A stretch of 64,000 bases of DNA from an uncultured Myxococcales bacterium (GCA_964494475.1 CAZBRS010000001.1:94029-158028), one strand, 5' to 3'; shown: positions 10,527-19,420, counted from the stretch's first letter. Notes: a model not told the origin generated them from the sequence alone. A program made the numbers and translations.

Positions 10527-10889
10527 TCACGCCGCGAACACGTGGTCGCGATGCCAATCGAGCAACTCGGGGTCCGGGCGTTCGTCCAGCCGCGACGGAA
10601 GAAGCAGCCTTCGGCCGTGCATCGCGTAATAGGTCTTTCCGTTGTCCCACTCCCGTTGCAGGCGATCGCTGACGACCAGGTTCAGATCCGGGTCGACCGT
10701 AGCAGCGTGACGGTCCTAAGTATTACATGTTCCCGGGTGCGGACCTAAGATGCTTGCGGGGAACACCTACCGGTCCGCGAGCCCCGCCGCCCGGAACGAG
10801 CGGCTCACGGCCCGGAACACCTCGGCGAACTGCGGGAGCTGGACGATCTGTCTCGGGGACACGCCGACCGCCACTGCGCGATCGATTCA
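10527..10889 (-). pseudogene. Degenerate gene remnant (two short protein-like frames separated by a low-GC segment with CCTAAG direct repeats)
   Basis: Minus-strand frames read ...VAVGVSPRQIVQLPQFAEVFRAVSRSFRAAGLADR* and DRHAATVDPDLNLVVSDRLQREWDNGKTYYAMHGRRLLLPSRLDERPDPELLDWHRDHVFAA*. Neither has a start codon, the two are in different frames, and there is an internal TAG. No family recognised. Confidence 0.25.
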
Positions 10890-10966
10890 TGCCTTTCCGC
10901 TTCGTGCTCGTCCGCTTCGTGTCATAGCCGTTCGGCGGAGGGCGGTCCGGCCACTACGCCCCCGCC

Positions 10967-11290
10967 TCACGCCAACCCAAGCTGCACCTTGATGGCCGCC
11001 TCGACCTTTCGCAGATCCTTGGCCGAAACCTCGCCGAGTGGACTCGACAGCCGGAGCTTGCTGACCGTCGCCAATTGGTCGGCCATGGCCTTGCCGGGCT
11101 TGCCCGCTACGGTGACGAAGGCCTCGCTGGGATAGGCCCGTTCGGTGCTGCTGGTGATGGGCACCACCTGCACGCGGTTCAAGAAGCGGTTGGCCGTGTC
11201 GTTGCTGACGATGATGGCCGGTCGGGTCTTGCGAATCTCGCCCCCGAGCGCGGGCTCGAAGTCGACCCACCAGACCTCACCCCGCTTCAT
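10967..11290 (-). CDS. mazF: Type II toxin, MazF/PemK family endoribonuclease
   Basis: MKRGEVWWVDFEPALGGEIRKTRPAIIVSNDTANRFLNRVQVVPITS is a textbook PemK/MazF N-terminus. 107 aa. Confidence 0.85.
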   Translation of the reverse strand: MKRGEVWWVDFEPALGGEIRKTRPAIIVSNDTANRFLNRVQVVPITSSTERAYPSEAFVTVAGKPGKAMADQLATVSKLRLSSPLGEVSAKDLRKVEAAIKVQLGLA

Positions 11291-11507
11291 GATGCGCGTC
11301 TCCCACCGTGGCCTCGGCCCACTCCAGCGCCTCCCGCTCGCGCTTCTCGTCCGACGCCATCCGTTCGTACTCGGCTTCGAGCCGCGGCGGCACCACGAAG
11401 GGGCGCACCAGATCCTCGATGAAACGGCCGATCTTCCGCGGACCGATCACCGCGTGGAGGCCTTCGTAGATGTCGTCTGCGACGGCGATGGTCAGCTTTC
11501 TTCGCAT
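11277..11507 (-). CDS. Cognate antitoxin of the MazF-like toxin (small RHH/MazE-like DNA-binding protein)
   Basis: 76-aa ORF immediately upstream with a 14-bp overlap into mazF. N-terminal MRRKLTIAVADDIYEGLHA is consistent with a ribbon-helix-helix fold. The perfect palindrome ACGTACAATGTACGT (11529-11543) lies in its promoter. Confidence 0.7.
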   Translation of the reverse strand: MRRKLTIAVADDIYEGLHAVIGPRKIGRFIEDLVRPFVVPPRLEAEYERMASDEKREREALEWAEATVGDAHHEAG

Positions 11508-11572
11508 CGTGGCACCCCGGCGGATACACGTACAATGTACGTAGACGAGGCGCCTCCGTCAAGTGCCATGCC

Positions 11573-13138
11573 TTACAGGAACTTGTAGCTGAACCTCAAC
11601 ATCAACCGCTGATCGACCTGCGGCTCGTGCGAGACGTTGCGGTCGTAGAGCAGGTCGACGATGTAGTTGAGCGACGCGAACGACGACAGGCGCAGGCCCA
11701 CGTTGGTGTAGAGGTCGACCACCGGGGCGCTCATGGCGTCGAAGGGGTCGATGACCTCGAGCTCGGCGCTGGCCAGCACCCAGCGGGTGAGCCTGGCGTT
11801 CAGGATGAGCGCGGCCTCGAAGCCCTTCACGAAGCGGTCGTCGACGCGCTCGAAGGCCTTCTTGCCCACCAGGTCGGTCACGGTGGTCTCTCGCAGCAGG
11901 CCGTCGTACCAGGCCTGGCGCACGCCCACGCCCAGGCGCGTGGTGAGGTCGAGGTAGTACGAGACCGACACGTCGAGGTTCAGGCCCGTGCCGCCGTCGA
12001 GCACCAGGGGAAAGAATCGGTTCGACAGCCGGAACTCGGTGCCCGTCATGGTGCTCTCGGGGACCCAGACGGGCTCGTCGCCGGCGGCGCGCTGCCAGCG
12101 CCCCACCTGCACGGTGGTGGGGTCGTCGTAGTAGCGCACGCCGTGGAACAGCTTGGTGTCGACGCCCACGCGCGCATAGGGCCCCAGCCAGGGCAACCAC
12201 TTGTAGATGTAGATGGTGTCGAGCGCCACCTCGTCGAACGACACCTGGAAGGGGGTGTTCGGCTGCTTGGTCTGGCTCTCTTCTATGCGCAGGCGCGCGA
12301 ACACGCTGTGGGGGTCGGGCACGTAGCGCAGGATGGCGTCGAAGAAGACCTCGAACGAGAAGGAGTGGCCGGGGGTGGTGCCCGCCACGTTGTCGCGGTT
12401 CGCGAAGGCGATGCCGCCGCCGCCGACCATGCTGACCCACACGTCGCGCAGGCGCTGCTCGTCTTCGGCCAGCTGCGTCTCGCCCGCGCCCCGGAAGTCG
12501 CCCGTGTCTTCGTCCTGCACCAGCACCAGCTGCTCGAGCCGGCCGGCGTCGACGCGGAAGGTGAAGAAGTCGCGGCGGGCCTGGTAGGTCTCGCCGGGCT
12601 TCAACAGCATGTAGGTGCCGGGCTTCAAGAGCCAGGTGTCGACGCGCTCGCCCAGCTCGACCTTGGCGCCGAAGCCCACGCCCAGGCGGTTTCGCGAGGG
12701 CAGGGCCAGCAGCTCGTAGGTGCCGCGGAAGGGCACCGAGCGGTCGTTGACCACGTTCACGCGCAGCCCGGCCCAGGTGGGCTCGATCACCGTCAGGCGG
12801 CCCTCGTGCACGCGCAGGGGCAGGCGCAGCCGGTCTTCCATGGCGCCCGAGCCCACCAGCACCTCGTAGTCGCCGGGGGGCAGCACCAGCGAGGAGCCCG
12901 GGGCCTGGTCGCCCAGGGTGTCGCCCTCGCGCGTCTGCACCACGTAGCGGGGCTCGAGGCGCGGGTCGCTCATGCAGGGCACCAGCACGCCGCCGCGCCC
13001 CATCGGCAACAGGGTCGCGTCCATCTCGGCCTGCTCGGCCGGGCTGGGGCAGTCCCAGGTCGCCCGGGCGGCGTCGTCGGCCGGCCCGGCCGGCTCCGGG
13101 GCGGCCAGCAGCAGCAGCGCGAACAGCGCCCCGTTCAT
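11573..13138 (-). CDS. Secreted hypothetical protein (521 aa), last gene of the MCE operon, possibly an outer-membrane partner
   Basis: Start at the internal ATG (MNGALFALLLLAAPEPAGPA signal peptide) overlapping the upstream stop (ATGA). Beta-rich, Tyr/Trp-containing composition. The track's N-terminal 200 aa are an Arg-rich artefact. Confidence 0.6.
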   Translation of the reverse strand: MNGALFALLLLAAPEPAGPADDAARATWDCPSPAEQAEMDATLLPMGRGGVLVPCMSDPRLEPRYVVQTREGDTLGDQAPGSSLVLPPGDYEVLVGSGAMEDRLRLPLRVHEGRLTVIEPTWAGLRVNVVNDRSVPFRGTYELLALPSRNRLGVGFGAKVELGERVDTWLLKPGTYMLLKPGETYQARRDFFTFRVDAGRLEQLVLVQDEDTGDFRGAGETQLAEDEQRLRDVWVSMVGGGGIAFANRDNVAGTTPGHSFSFEVFFDAILRYVPDPHSVFARLRIEESQTKQPNTPFQVSFDEVALDTIYIYKWLPWLGPYARVGVDTKLFHGVRYYDDPTTVQVGRWQRAAGDEPVWVPESTMTGTEFRLSNRFFPLVLDGGTGLNLDVSVSYYLDLTTRLGVGVRQAWYDGLLRETTVTDLVGKKAFERVDDRFVKGFEAALILNARLTRWVLASAELEVIDPFDAMSAPVVDLYTNVGLRLSSFASLNYIVDLLYDRNVSHEPQVDQRLMLRFSYKFL

Positions 13139-13791
13139 TGGGGCGACCCCTCGGGGGCGGGGGGCTCGGCCCGCGGGGCGGCGCGGTCGGCGACGATCAC
13201 GGCCTCGAGCTCGGGCACCAGGCGCGCCATCTCGTCCTCGAGGATCTGCGAGAGCGCCCGCACCACGTAGATGACGTCGTGGTTGAAGACCTTCTTGCGC
13301 TGGTCGAAGTCGTGCTTCCAGACCAGGCGGCGGCTCTTGTTCTCGACCAGCCGGAACGACATGGCGAGGTGCGCGAACCACTCGGTGTCGCTGTCGAACT
13401 CCTCGATGCCGAGCACCTGGCCCTCGAGCTCGTAGTCGGGCAGGCCCTCCTTCAACGAGGTGGTCACCTGCGCGAACACGCCGGCGTGCTTCAGGTGCTT
13501 GTAGACGAGCTCGGTCAGCATGCGCTGCGGCTTCGCGATCCACTGGTGGTACTGGTAGAACTCGAGCTGGTAGGGCGAGAACCGATAGACGATGGGCTGG
13601 CGGTCGTACGAGAGCTCGACGTCCAGCTCCTTTACGCGCAGCATGATCGGCACGCGCGGCTCGGGCGCCAGGCGCTCCTCGTCGGTGAGGGCGTAGGCCA
13701 GCGTGTAGTACGCGCGCGAGCGCATCTTCGTCGAGCCGCACGCCGCCAGCGCCGCCACGAGCACCAGGAGGCCGAGAGTCCAGCGCCTCAT
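13135..13791 (-). CDS. ABC-type transport auxiliary lipoprotein (PqiC/YmbA, DUF330-like)
   Basis: Lipobox LAAC. About 215 aa, immediately downstream of an MCE gene with ATGA overlaps at both ends, which is the typical PqiB-PqiC arrangement. Confidence 0.65.
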   Translation of the reverse strand: MRRWTLGLLVLVAALAACGSTKMRSRAYYTLAYALTDEERLAPEPRVPIMLRVKELDVELSYDRQPIVYRFSPYQLEFYQYHQWIAKPQRMLTELVYKHLKHAGVFAQVTTSLKEGLPDYELEGQVLGIEEFDSDTEWFAHLAMSFRLVENKSRRLVWKHDFDQRKKVFNHDVIYVVRALSQILEDEMARLVPELEAVIVADRAAPRAEPPAPEGSPQ

Positions 13792-14780
13792 CGTTCCCTC
13801 TTCTCCTCGAACTCGGCGCCGCGGATCAGCACCGAGGGGTCTTCGCGCAGCATGCGGCTGAAGTCGTTCAGGTTCTCGATGGTCTCGAGCAGTTGGCTGA
13901 GGCCGCGGTTCACGTCGTCCTGGCTCTGCACCACGGTCAGGTTCACGTTGTCGAGCAGCGTGCCCGCCTTGCGCGTGGCGTCGCGCACGAAGCGCAGCAC
14001 CTCGTCGACCAGGCCGCCCTCGACCTTGCGCTGCACCGACGCGAGCAACGCCGAGGCTCGCCCCGTGACGTCTTCGACCAGGCCGCGATCGAGCACCCCC
14101 ACGGCGTTGGCCGCCACGCGGTTCACGTCGGCGCGCACCGACGCGGCCGTCTCGGTGGCCTCGCGCACGGCCACGTCGAGGTCGTCGATCAGCACCTCGG
14201 CCTTGGCCAGCACGCGGTCGGAGCGCGCGCGCACGTCGGCGGTGACCGCCGCCACGTCGTCGAGGATGCGCTCGATGCGGCGGATGTTGTCGGGGCGGGT
14301 CAGTTCGATGATCTGGCCCAGCAGCAGGTCGACGCGCTCGCTGATGACCTGGGCCTTGTTGGTCAGGAAGTCGAGATCCGACTCGCCGGCCGTGATCTCG
14401 CTGCCCGAGGGCAGGGTCTTGGCCTGGTTGCTGCCGAGCGTCAGGTCGATGTACTTCAGGCCGGTGATGCCGACCGACGTGACGGTCGCGCGCACGTCTT
14501 CCTTGATGGGCGTCTTGCTGTCGACGTCGAGGGTCACCAGGATCTGCGCGACGTCGTCGGGGTTCACGCGGATCGACGCCACCTTGCCGACGCGGACCCC
14601 GTTGTATTTGACCGGAGCGCCGATCTCGAGGCCCGACACCGAGATCTTGTAGCGGACCAGGTAGCTGTCGAAGGTCTCGCCCACGCGCACGCCGACGAGC
14701 ACGCCCAGGCCCGCGAGCAGCACGAAGCCCGAGAGGGCCAGGAAGACGCCGAGCCGGGCTTTCTGAGAGCGGGTGATCAT
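13788..14780 (-). CDS. MCE-family (MlaD/PqiB-like) protein
   Basis: N-terminal TM helix LGVFLALSGFVLLAGLGVLVGV, then an MCE core (YLVRYKISVSGLEIGAPVKYNGVRVGKVASIRV) and a C-terminal helical region. Confidence 0.85.
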   Translation of the reverse strand: MITRSQKARLGVFLALSGFVLLAGLGVLVGVRVGETFDSYLVRYKISVSGLEIGAPVKYNGVRVGKVASIRVNPDDVAQILVTLDVDSKTPIKEDVRATVTSVGITGLKYIDLTLGSNQAKTLPSGSEITAGESDLDFLTNKAQVISERVDLLLGQIIELTRPDNIRRIERILDDVAAVTADVRARSDRVLAKAEVLIDDLDVAVREATETAASVRADVNRVAANAVGVLDRGLVEDVTGRASALLASVQRKVEGGLVDEVLRFVRDATRKAGTLLDNVNLTVVQSQDDVNRGLSQLLETIENLNDFSRMLREDPSVLIRGAEFEEKRER

Positions 14781-14911
14781 GGCGTGGGGGAGCCCTCCGT
14801 GGCGTCGATTATCCCGGCGGGGGCGCCCGAGCGCAAGTTCCGAGGCGCTCCAACGCCCCGATGGTGACGCGGGGCGCGCTCCGTGGTAAATACGCGACTC
14901 TCGGAGGGAGG

Positions 14912-16207
14912 ATGGCCGACGTGCGTTCCGCTGCGCTCCTCGTCGTCGCGACGTTGCTGGTGGCCGCGGTCCCTGCCGCCGCCAACCCCATGGCCACGTA
15001 CGGCTACACCGCCCGCGGGCTGGGCCTCGGCGGCGCCATGACGGCCGTCGCGCGGTCCTTCGACGCCACGTACTACAACCCCGCGGGCCTCGCGCGGGTG
15101 ACCGACGTCGAGCTCGGCCTCGGCCTCTCGGTGCGGCGCACCTTCCTGACGGTGCGGCATTCGGGCGACGACGCCGCGACGGGAGGCCTGGCGCGTGCCG
15201 AGACCGATCGCGGGGGCACGAGCGGTGAGCTCGACCTGGGGCTGGCGGCGCCCATCCCGCTGGGCGAGGGCCGCGAACGCGTGCTGTTCGCGGGCGCGTC
15301 GGTCATGCTGCCGGGCACCACCCTGTACGCCCTCCGTGAGCGGCCCATCGAGCAGCCGGTCTTCCCCTTCCTCGAAGAGCGCAACGATCGCCTGGTGCTG
15401 AACCTCGCCGTGGCGGCGCGCTGGCAGTGGGTCATGCTGGGGGCGGGGGTCTCGTTCCTTCCCAACGTGGCCGGCCGCGTCGACGTCGACTTCACCGACG
15501 GCGCGAGCAAGAACACCACGGCGGTCGATGTCGGCACGTCGCTGGCCCCGACCGTCGGGCTGGTCGTGCTGCCCGTCGAGGGGCTGTCGATCGGGCTCGC
15601 GTGGCGCGGCGAGAACCGGCTCGACCTGGCCATCCCGGTCAGCGTGGTCATCTCCGAGAAGATCACGGCCATCGACCTCCGCGTCACGTCGGTCGACCAC
15701 TCGACGCCTCACGAGGTGGCGCTGGGCGCGGCGTGGCAGGGCCAGGGCTGGATGGTCGCGGGCGACGTGACGTACGCGCTCTACCACCGCTTCCGGGCGT
15801 CGTTCCCCGACGTCGTGTTGTTCTCGTCCTCGGGAGACCTGACCTCGGCCAGTCCGCCGGGCAACTTCCGCGACACGTGGGCCGTGCGCCTGGGCGGCGA
15901 GGTGCGCGTGGCCCGCGGTCTCGACGTTCGCGCCGGCGCTTCGTGGGTGCAGTCGCCCGTGCCGGCGCAGGAGGGGCCGACGAACCTGCAGGACGGCGAC
16001 CGGTTCGCGGGCAGCCTGGGCGCCGGCCTCGACCTGGGCGACGTGGGAGGACCGCCGCTGACGATCGACGCGGCGGTGGCGGCGGGCGGGTTCGCGGCCA
16101 ACCGCGACGCGAAGAGGGCGCAGGATCCGGGCAACCCGGGGTATCCTTGGATCGAAGGGCAGGGCGCGTACGTGCTGGGGGCCCTGTCCGTTACGGCGAG
16201 GTTCTGA
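14912..16207 (+). CDS. Outer-membrane transport protein, FadL/OMPP1/TodX family
   Basis: Start at MADVRSAALLVVATLLVAAVPAAA with GGAGGGAGG RBS. NPAGL hatch-domain motif (YYNPAGLARV). About 430-aa beta-rich protein ending ...SVTARF. Confidence 0.65.
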   Translation: MADVRSAALLVVATLLVAAVPAAANPMATYGYTARGLGLGGAMTAVARSFDATYYNPAGLARVTDVELGLGLSVRRTFLTVRHSGDDAATGGLARAETDRGGTSGELDLGLAAPIPLGEGRERVLFAGASVMLPGTTLYALRERPIEQPVFPFLEERNDRLVLNLAVAARWQWVMLGAGVSFLPNVAGRVDVDFTDGASKNTTAVDVGTSLAPTVGLVVLPVEGLSIGLAWRGENRLDLAIPVSVVISEKITAIDLRVTSVDHSTPHEVALGAAWQGQGWMVAGDVTYALYHRFRASFPDVVLFSSSGDLTSASPPGNFRDTWAVRLGGEVRVARGLDVRAGASWVQSPVPAQEGPTNLQDGDRFAGSLGAGLDLGDVGGPPLTIDAAVAAGGFAANRDAKRAQDPGNPGYPWIEGQGAYVLGALSVTARF

Positions 16208-18381
16208 TGGCGGGCACGCGAGCGCTTCCGACGCTGCTCCTGATCGGGTTGCTGGCCGCCTGCGGCCGAGACGCGGGCCGCGACACCGACGGCGACGGGC
16301 TGACCGACGACCAGGAGGCCCTGTTCCACACCGACCCCAGCCGGGTCGACACCGACGGCGACGGGATCCCCGACGGCTCCGACGTCGATCCGACGACCGG
16401 GGGGCCCGGGCTGGTCTTGACCTCGAGCCCCGTGTTCCGCCAGTCGATCGCGCTGACCTGCGTGCGCCTGGTCGCGGCGTTGCGCGATGGGCACGGCGGA
16501 GCCCTGGCGCACCAGCCCGTTCAGTTCTCGGTGCCCGCCGGGGTCTCCCTCGAGCAGCAGGACGAGCGCGACGATGGCACCTATCGCGCGCTCGTCTGCT
16601 CCGAGAGCCCCACGTCGTTCGTCCTGGCCGCGAGCTACGACGACCCGGCCGACACCTTCCCCGAGGCGCGCGCCACGGTCGAGGTGTCGTTCTCGTCGGT
16701 GCTGGCCGCCGGGGTCAACACCACGAAGAGTGACGACTCCGGCCCCCTGCGAGGCCGGCTGCGCGTGGTCGCCATGTCGAACGACCTGACCGGGTGGCCG
16801 CGCCCCTTCGAGGGCGTCACGGTGGCGGTGCGCGGCGCCGACGGATGGTGGCCCTCCAAGCTGACGGGGGGCAACGGCTACGCCGAATGGGTCGGCGAGG
16901 ACCTGGTCGGGCCCGTCGACGTCACGGTGGGCGCCGAGGGTCATCGGTTCACCACCTACCTCGGGATCGACGCGGCCGAACTGGCCGTTCTGGTCTCGCC
17001 GCTCGACCCGGTGCTCCCCGCCGACGCCGACCGCGTGGGCTCGATCGTCGGCACGGTCACGGGCTTCGCGGGCGAGGGGGGCCTGCCGCGCTTCCCGGCC
17101 GGGTCGGTCGTCGACCAGATGGCCAACGAGAACAACCCGGTGCCGATGGCCCTGGTGCAACTCGCGGTGCGCGACGTGCCGCTGTCGTCGATGAGCATGG
17201 GCTCCGTGCTCGGCAAGCCGGGCGAGACCGAGGGCCTGCCCATCCCCTCCAACATGGCCCTGTGCAACCTGAAGAACGAGGGTGGCTCGGCGTGTGATCC
17301 CGGGGCCGACTTCGTGCTGCAGGACGTCCCCGAGGGGCAGTACCTGGTCTTCGCCGTCGGCGGCACCGCGCTGCACGTGTTCGATGCGCTGGAGGACCCG
17401 TACGCGCTGGTCTTCCAGCCTCGGGCGATGGCGATCTCGCGGGTTCGGGTTTCGGGCGGGCAGGAGGCCCACCTCGAGCTGCTCCTGAACATCGATCTGC
17501 GCCCGGGGTCCGACGACGCGATCGAGGTCTCGCTCGACCAGCTGCCGCGCGACTGGCAGACCGACGCCGCGTTGCCCAACGGCCTGGTGATGCCCGTCTT
17601 CGACACGGGCGGCGAGGGCTTCGTGTGGGTCGCCGTCGACGGCACGTTCAACCGCCCGGGCTTCGAGAACCCGATTCGGGTGCGCTTCCCGGACCAGGAC
17701 GACCCGGCCATCCAGGAGCTCGGCCTGACGCTGAACCGCCTGGCCGTGGGCGTCGCGGGCCGCTCCACCTACCTGGGCGGTGATCCGCCCGGCATGTCGA
17801 CCGCTGTCCTCCCGGGCGTGGCGCCGGGCGACGCGGTCGACTTCGGCAGCCTCGACCGCTGGCTCGCGGTGCCCGAGATCGTATCACCTCGACCGCCGGC
17901 CCCGGGGCAACGGCTCGACGCCGTCTCCGAGCAGCCGTTCACGGGCAGCGTCTCCTGGGAGCCCGTCACCGAGCCGCGAAGCCCCGACCTCTACGTGCTG
18001 CGCGTGAACTACCTGACGGCCGCCCCGCCCAACCGCTTCGCCGACGACAAGGGCACCGGCGCCTCCGGCACCTTGGGGGGCCCTCGCTCGCACTGCCTGT
18101 GGGAGATCTTCGTCCCCGCCGATCGAACCGGCGTCGAGCTGCCCGAGTTGCCCGACGACGCCACCGCGCGCCCCGTGCTCCTGAACCGGGATCCGACCGC
18201 CGCCGACGACCCATCGCCCCATCGCTTCGGTCCCGACACCATCGAACTGGAGCTGTCGGCCTACGTGCTGGGCTCCGACGGCAAGACGTTCGACTACGAC
18301 GACGACTTCGCGTACTCCGACGTCAACCTGCACTGCACGACGGTGTCGCAGGATTCGTTCGCGGCCGTCTCGACCTGGTGA
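16207..18381 (+). CDS. Lipoprotein with N-terminal thrombospondin-type-3 (TSP3) calcium-binding repeats (724 aa)
   Basis: ATG overlaps the FadL-like stop (TGATG). Lipobox LLAAC. TDGDGLTDDQE / DTDGDGIPDGSD repeats. The first 260 aa of the track ORF (15427-16206) are out-of-frame read-through of the upstream gene. Confidence 0.7.
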   Translation: MAGTRALPTLLLIGLLAACGRDAGRDTDGDGLTDDQEALFHTDPSRVDTDGDGIPDGSDVDPTTGGPGLVLTSSPVFRQSIALTCVRLVAALRDGHGGALAHQPVQFSVPAGVSLEQQDERDDGTYRALVCSESPTSFVLAASYDDPADTFPEARATVEVSFSSVLAAGVNTTKSDDSGPLRGRLRVVAMSNDLTGWPRPFEGVTVAVRGADGWWPSKLTGGNGYAEWVGEDLVGPVDVTVGAEGHRFTTYLGIDAAELAVLVSPLDPVLPADADRVGSIVGTVTGFAGEGGLPRFPAGSVVDQMANENNPVPMALVQLAVRDVPLSSMSMGSVLGKPGETEGLPIPSNMALCNLKNEGGSACDPGADFVLQDVPEGQYLVFAVGGTALHVFDALEDPYALVFQPRAMAISRVRVSGGQEAHLELLLNIDLRPGSDDAIEVSLDQLPRDWQTDAALPNGLVMPVFDTGGEGFVWVAVDGTFNRPGFENPIRVRFPDQDDPAIQELGLTLNRLAVGVAGRSTYLGGDPPGMSTAVLPGVAPGDAVDFGSLDRWLAVPEIVSPRPPAPGQRLDAVSEQPFTGSVSWEPVTEPRSPDLYVLRVNYLTAAPPNRFADDKGTGASGTLGGPRSHCLWEIFVPADRTGVELPELPDDATARPVLLNRDPTAADDPSPHRFGPDTIELELSAYVLGSDGKTFDYDDDFAYSDVNLHCTTVSQDSFAAVSTW

Positions 18382-18395
18382 GGGGCGCGGCAGTC

Positions 18396-19367
18396 CTACG
18401 CCGCCTCGAGCTCGACCCGCACCAGCGCCTTGCCGATGGCGAGGATGTCGCCCTTCGACAGCTCTTGCGAGTGATCGATCTGGATGTAGGTGCCGTTGCG
18501 GCTGGCGCGGTCCGAGAGGTAGTAGCGGCCGTCGCGCGCCTCGATGAGCGCGTGCTGGTACGAGATGAAGCGGTCGTCGGCGAAGTTCAGGTCGCTGTCT
18601 TCGCGCCCGATCGTCAGCACCTTGGCCGACGAGCAGTACACGTTGCCCTCGACCCCGCCCTTCAGGAGCTGCACGAGGCGGAACTTCCATTGGGGCGCGG
18701 CGCTGCCGCAGAAGTAGGTGCCGTCGGGCTGCTTCAGGATGCGCACGGGGTTGAAGTACTCGAAGCGCAGCACCTGCTCGCCGATCAGCAACCGCGTGCC
18801 GTGCACGAGCTCGACGGCCTGAACCACGCGGTGGAAGAGGCCGTTGCGCGACGACAGGTCTTCGGCGACCAGGTGCCCGTCGGACACGAAGATGCGGGCG
18901 TGGGGGCTCGAGAGCGTGGCGTCGCCGGGGAACGTGAGATCGCCCTTGTTGCGGCCCACGATGACCTGGTCGGCCTTGAACGAGTGGCTGCCCTTCTCGC
19001 CCGTGGACGTGCGCAGCACCTGGAGCTTGATCTCCCAGGCCGCGGCCGGCGCGGGCGCCGGTGCGGGTGCCGGCGTCACGGGCTCGGGCGCGGGCCGCGC
19101 CGCTTCGGGGGCCGGTCGCGTGGGCTCGGGTGCCGGCTTCACGGGCGCGGGCGCCTCGGCGGCCGCCTCGGGGGTCGTCTTCTCTTCGCCGAAGAACGCC
19201 TGCTCGGCGTCGAGGTCGACGATGGCGGTCGCGTCGCCGGGGTCGCCGCTGTCGGGCGCGTCGAGCGCGACGGGCGCGTCGTCGTCGAGGCGGGCGCCGC
19301 ACGCGACGCAGAACACGTAGCCGAACTCGATCTCGCCGCCGCAGGAGGGGCAGTTCTTGTAGGCCAT
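18396..19367 (-). CDS. Zinc-ribbon plus double FHA-domain protein
   Basis: N-terminal CPSCGGEIEFGYVFCVACG zinc ribbon, Pro/Ala-rich linker, then two FHA-like modules (VIVGRNKGDLTFPGDATLSSPHARI..., LTIGREDSDLNFADDRFISYQHALIEARDGRYYLSDRASRNGTYI). AAGGGGGTG RBS. Confidence 0.85.
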   Translation of the reverse strand: MAYKNCPSCGGEIEFGYVFCVACGARLDDDAPVALDAPDSGDPGDATAIVDLDAEQAFFGEEKTTPEAAAEAPAPVKPAPEPTRPAPEAARPAPEPVTPAPAPAPAPAAAWEIKLQVLRTSTGEKGSHSFKADQVIVGRNKGDLTFPGDATLSSPHARIFVSDGHLVAEDLSSRNGLFHRVVQAVELVHGTRLLIGEQVLRFEYFNPVRILKQPDGTYFCGSAAPQWKFRLVQLLKGGVEGNVYCSSAKVLTIGREDSDLNFADDRFISYQHALIEARDGRYYLSDRASRNGTYIQIDHSQELSKGDILAIGKALVRVELEAA

Positions 19368-19420
19368 GCGAGCACCCCCTTTTCGATTCGGTTCACTCTA
19401 GGCGAACCGACGGTCGGCGG

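Noticed and set aside
11627-13270. 547-aa plus-strand ORF
   Set aside because: It is antisense to the secreted 521-aa protein and PqiC-like genes, with low complexity (VVDHV..., G/A/H/Q runs).
14777-15787. 336-aa minus-strand ORF upstream of the MCE gene
   Set aside because: It is antisense to the FadL-like gene with Arg/Asp/His-rich composition. The MCE operon therefore has no permease encoded here.
15427-16206. N-terminal 260 aa of the 984-aa ORF
   Set aside because: It is an out-of-frame read-through over the FadL-like gene (Gly/Arg-rich). The real start is the ATG at 16207 overlapping the FadL stop.
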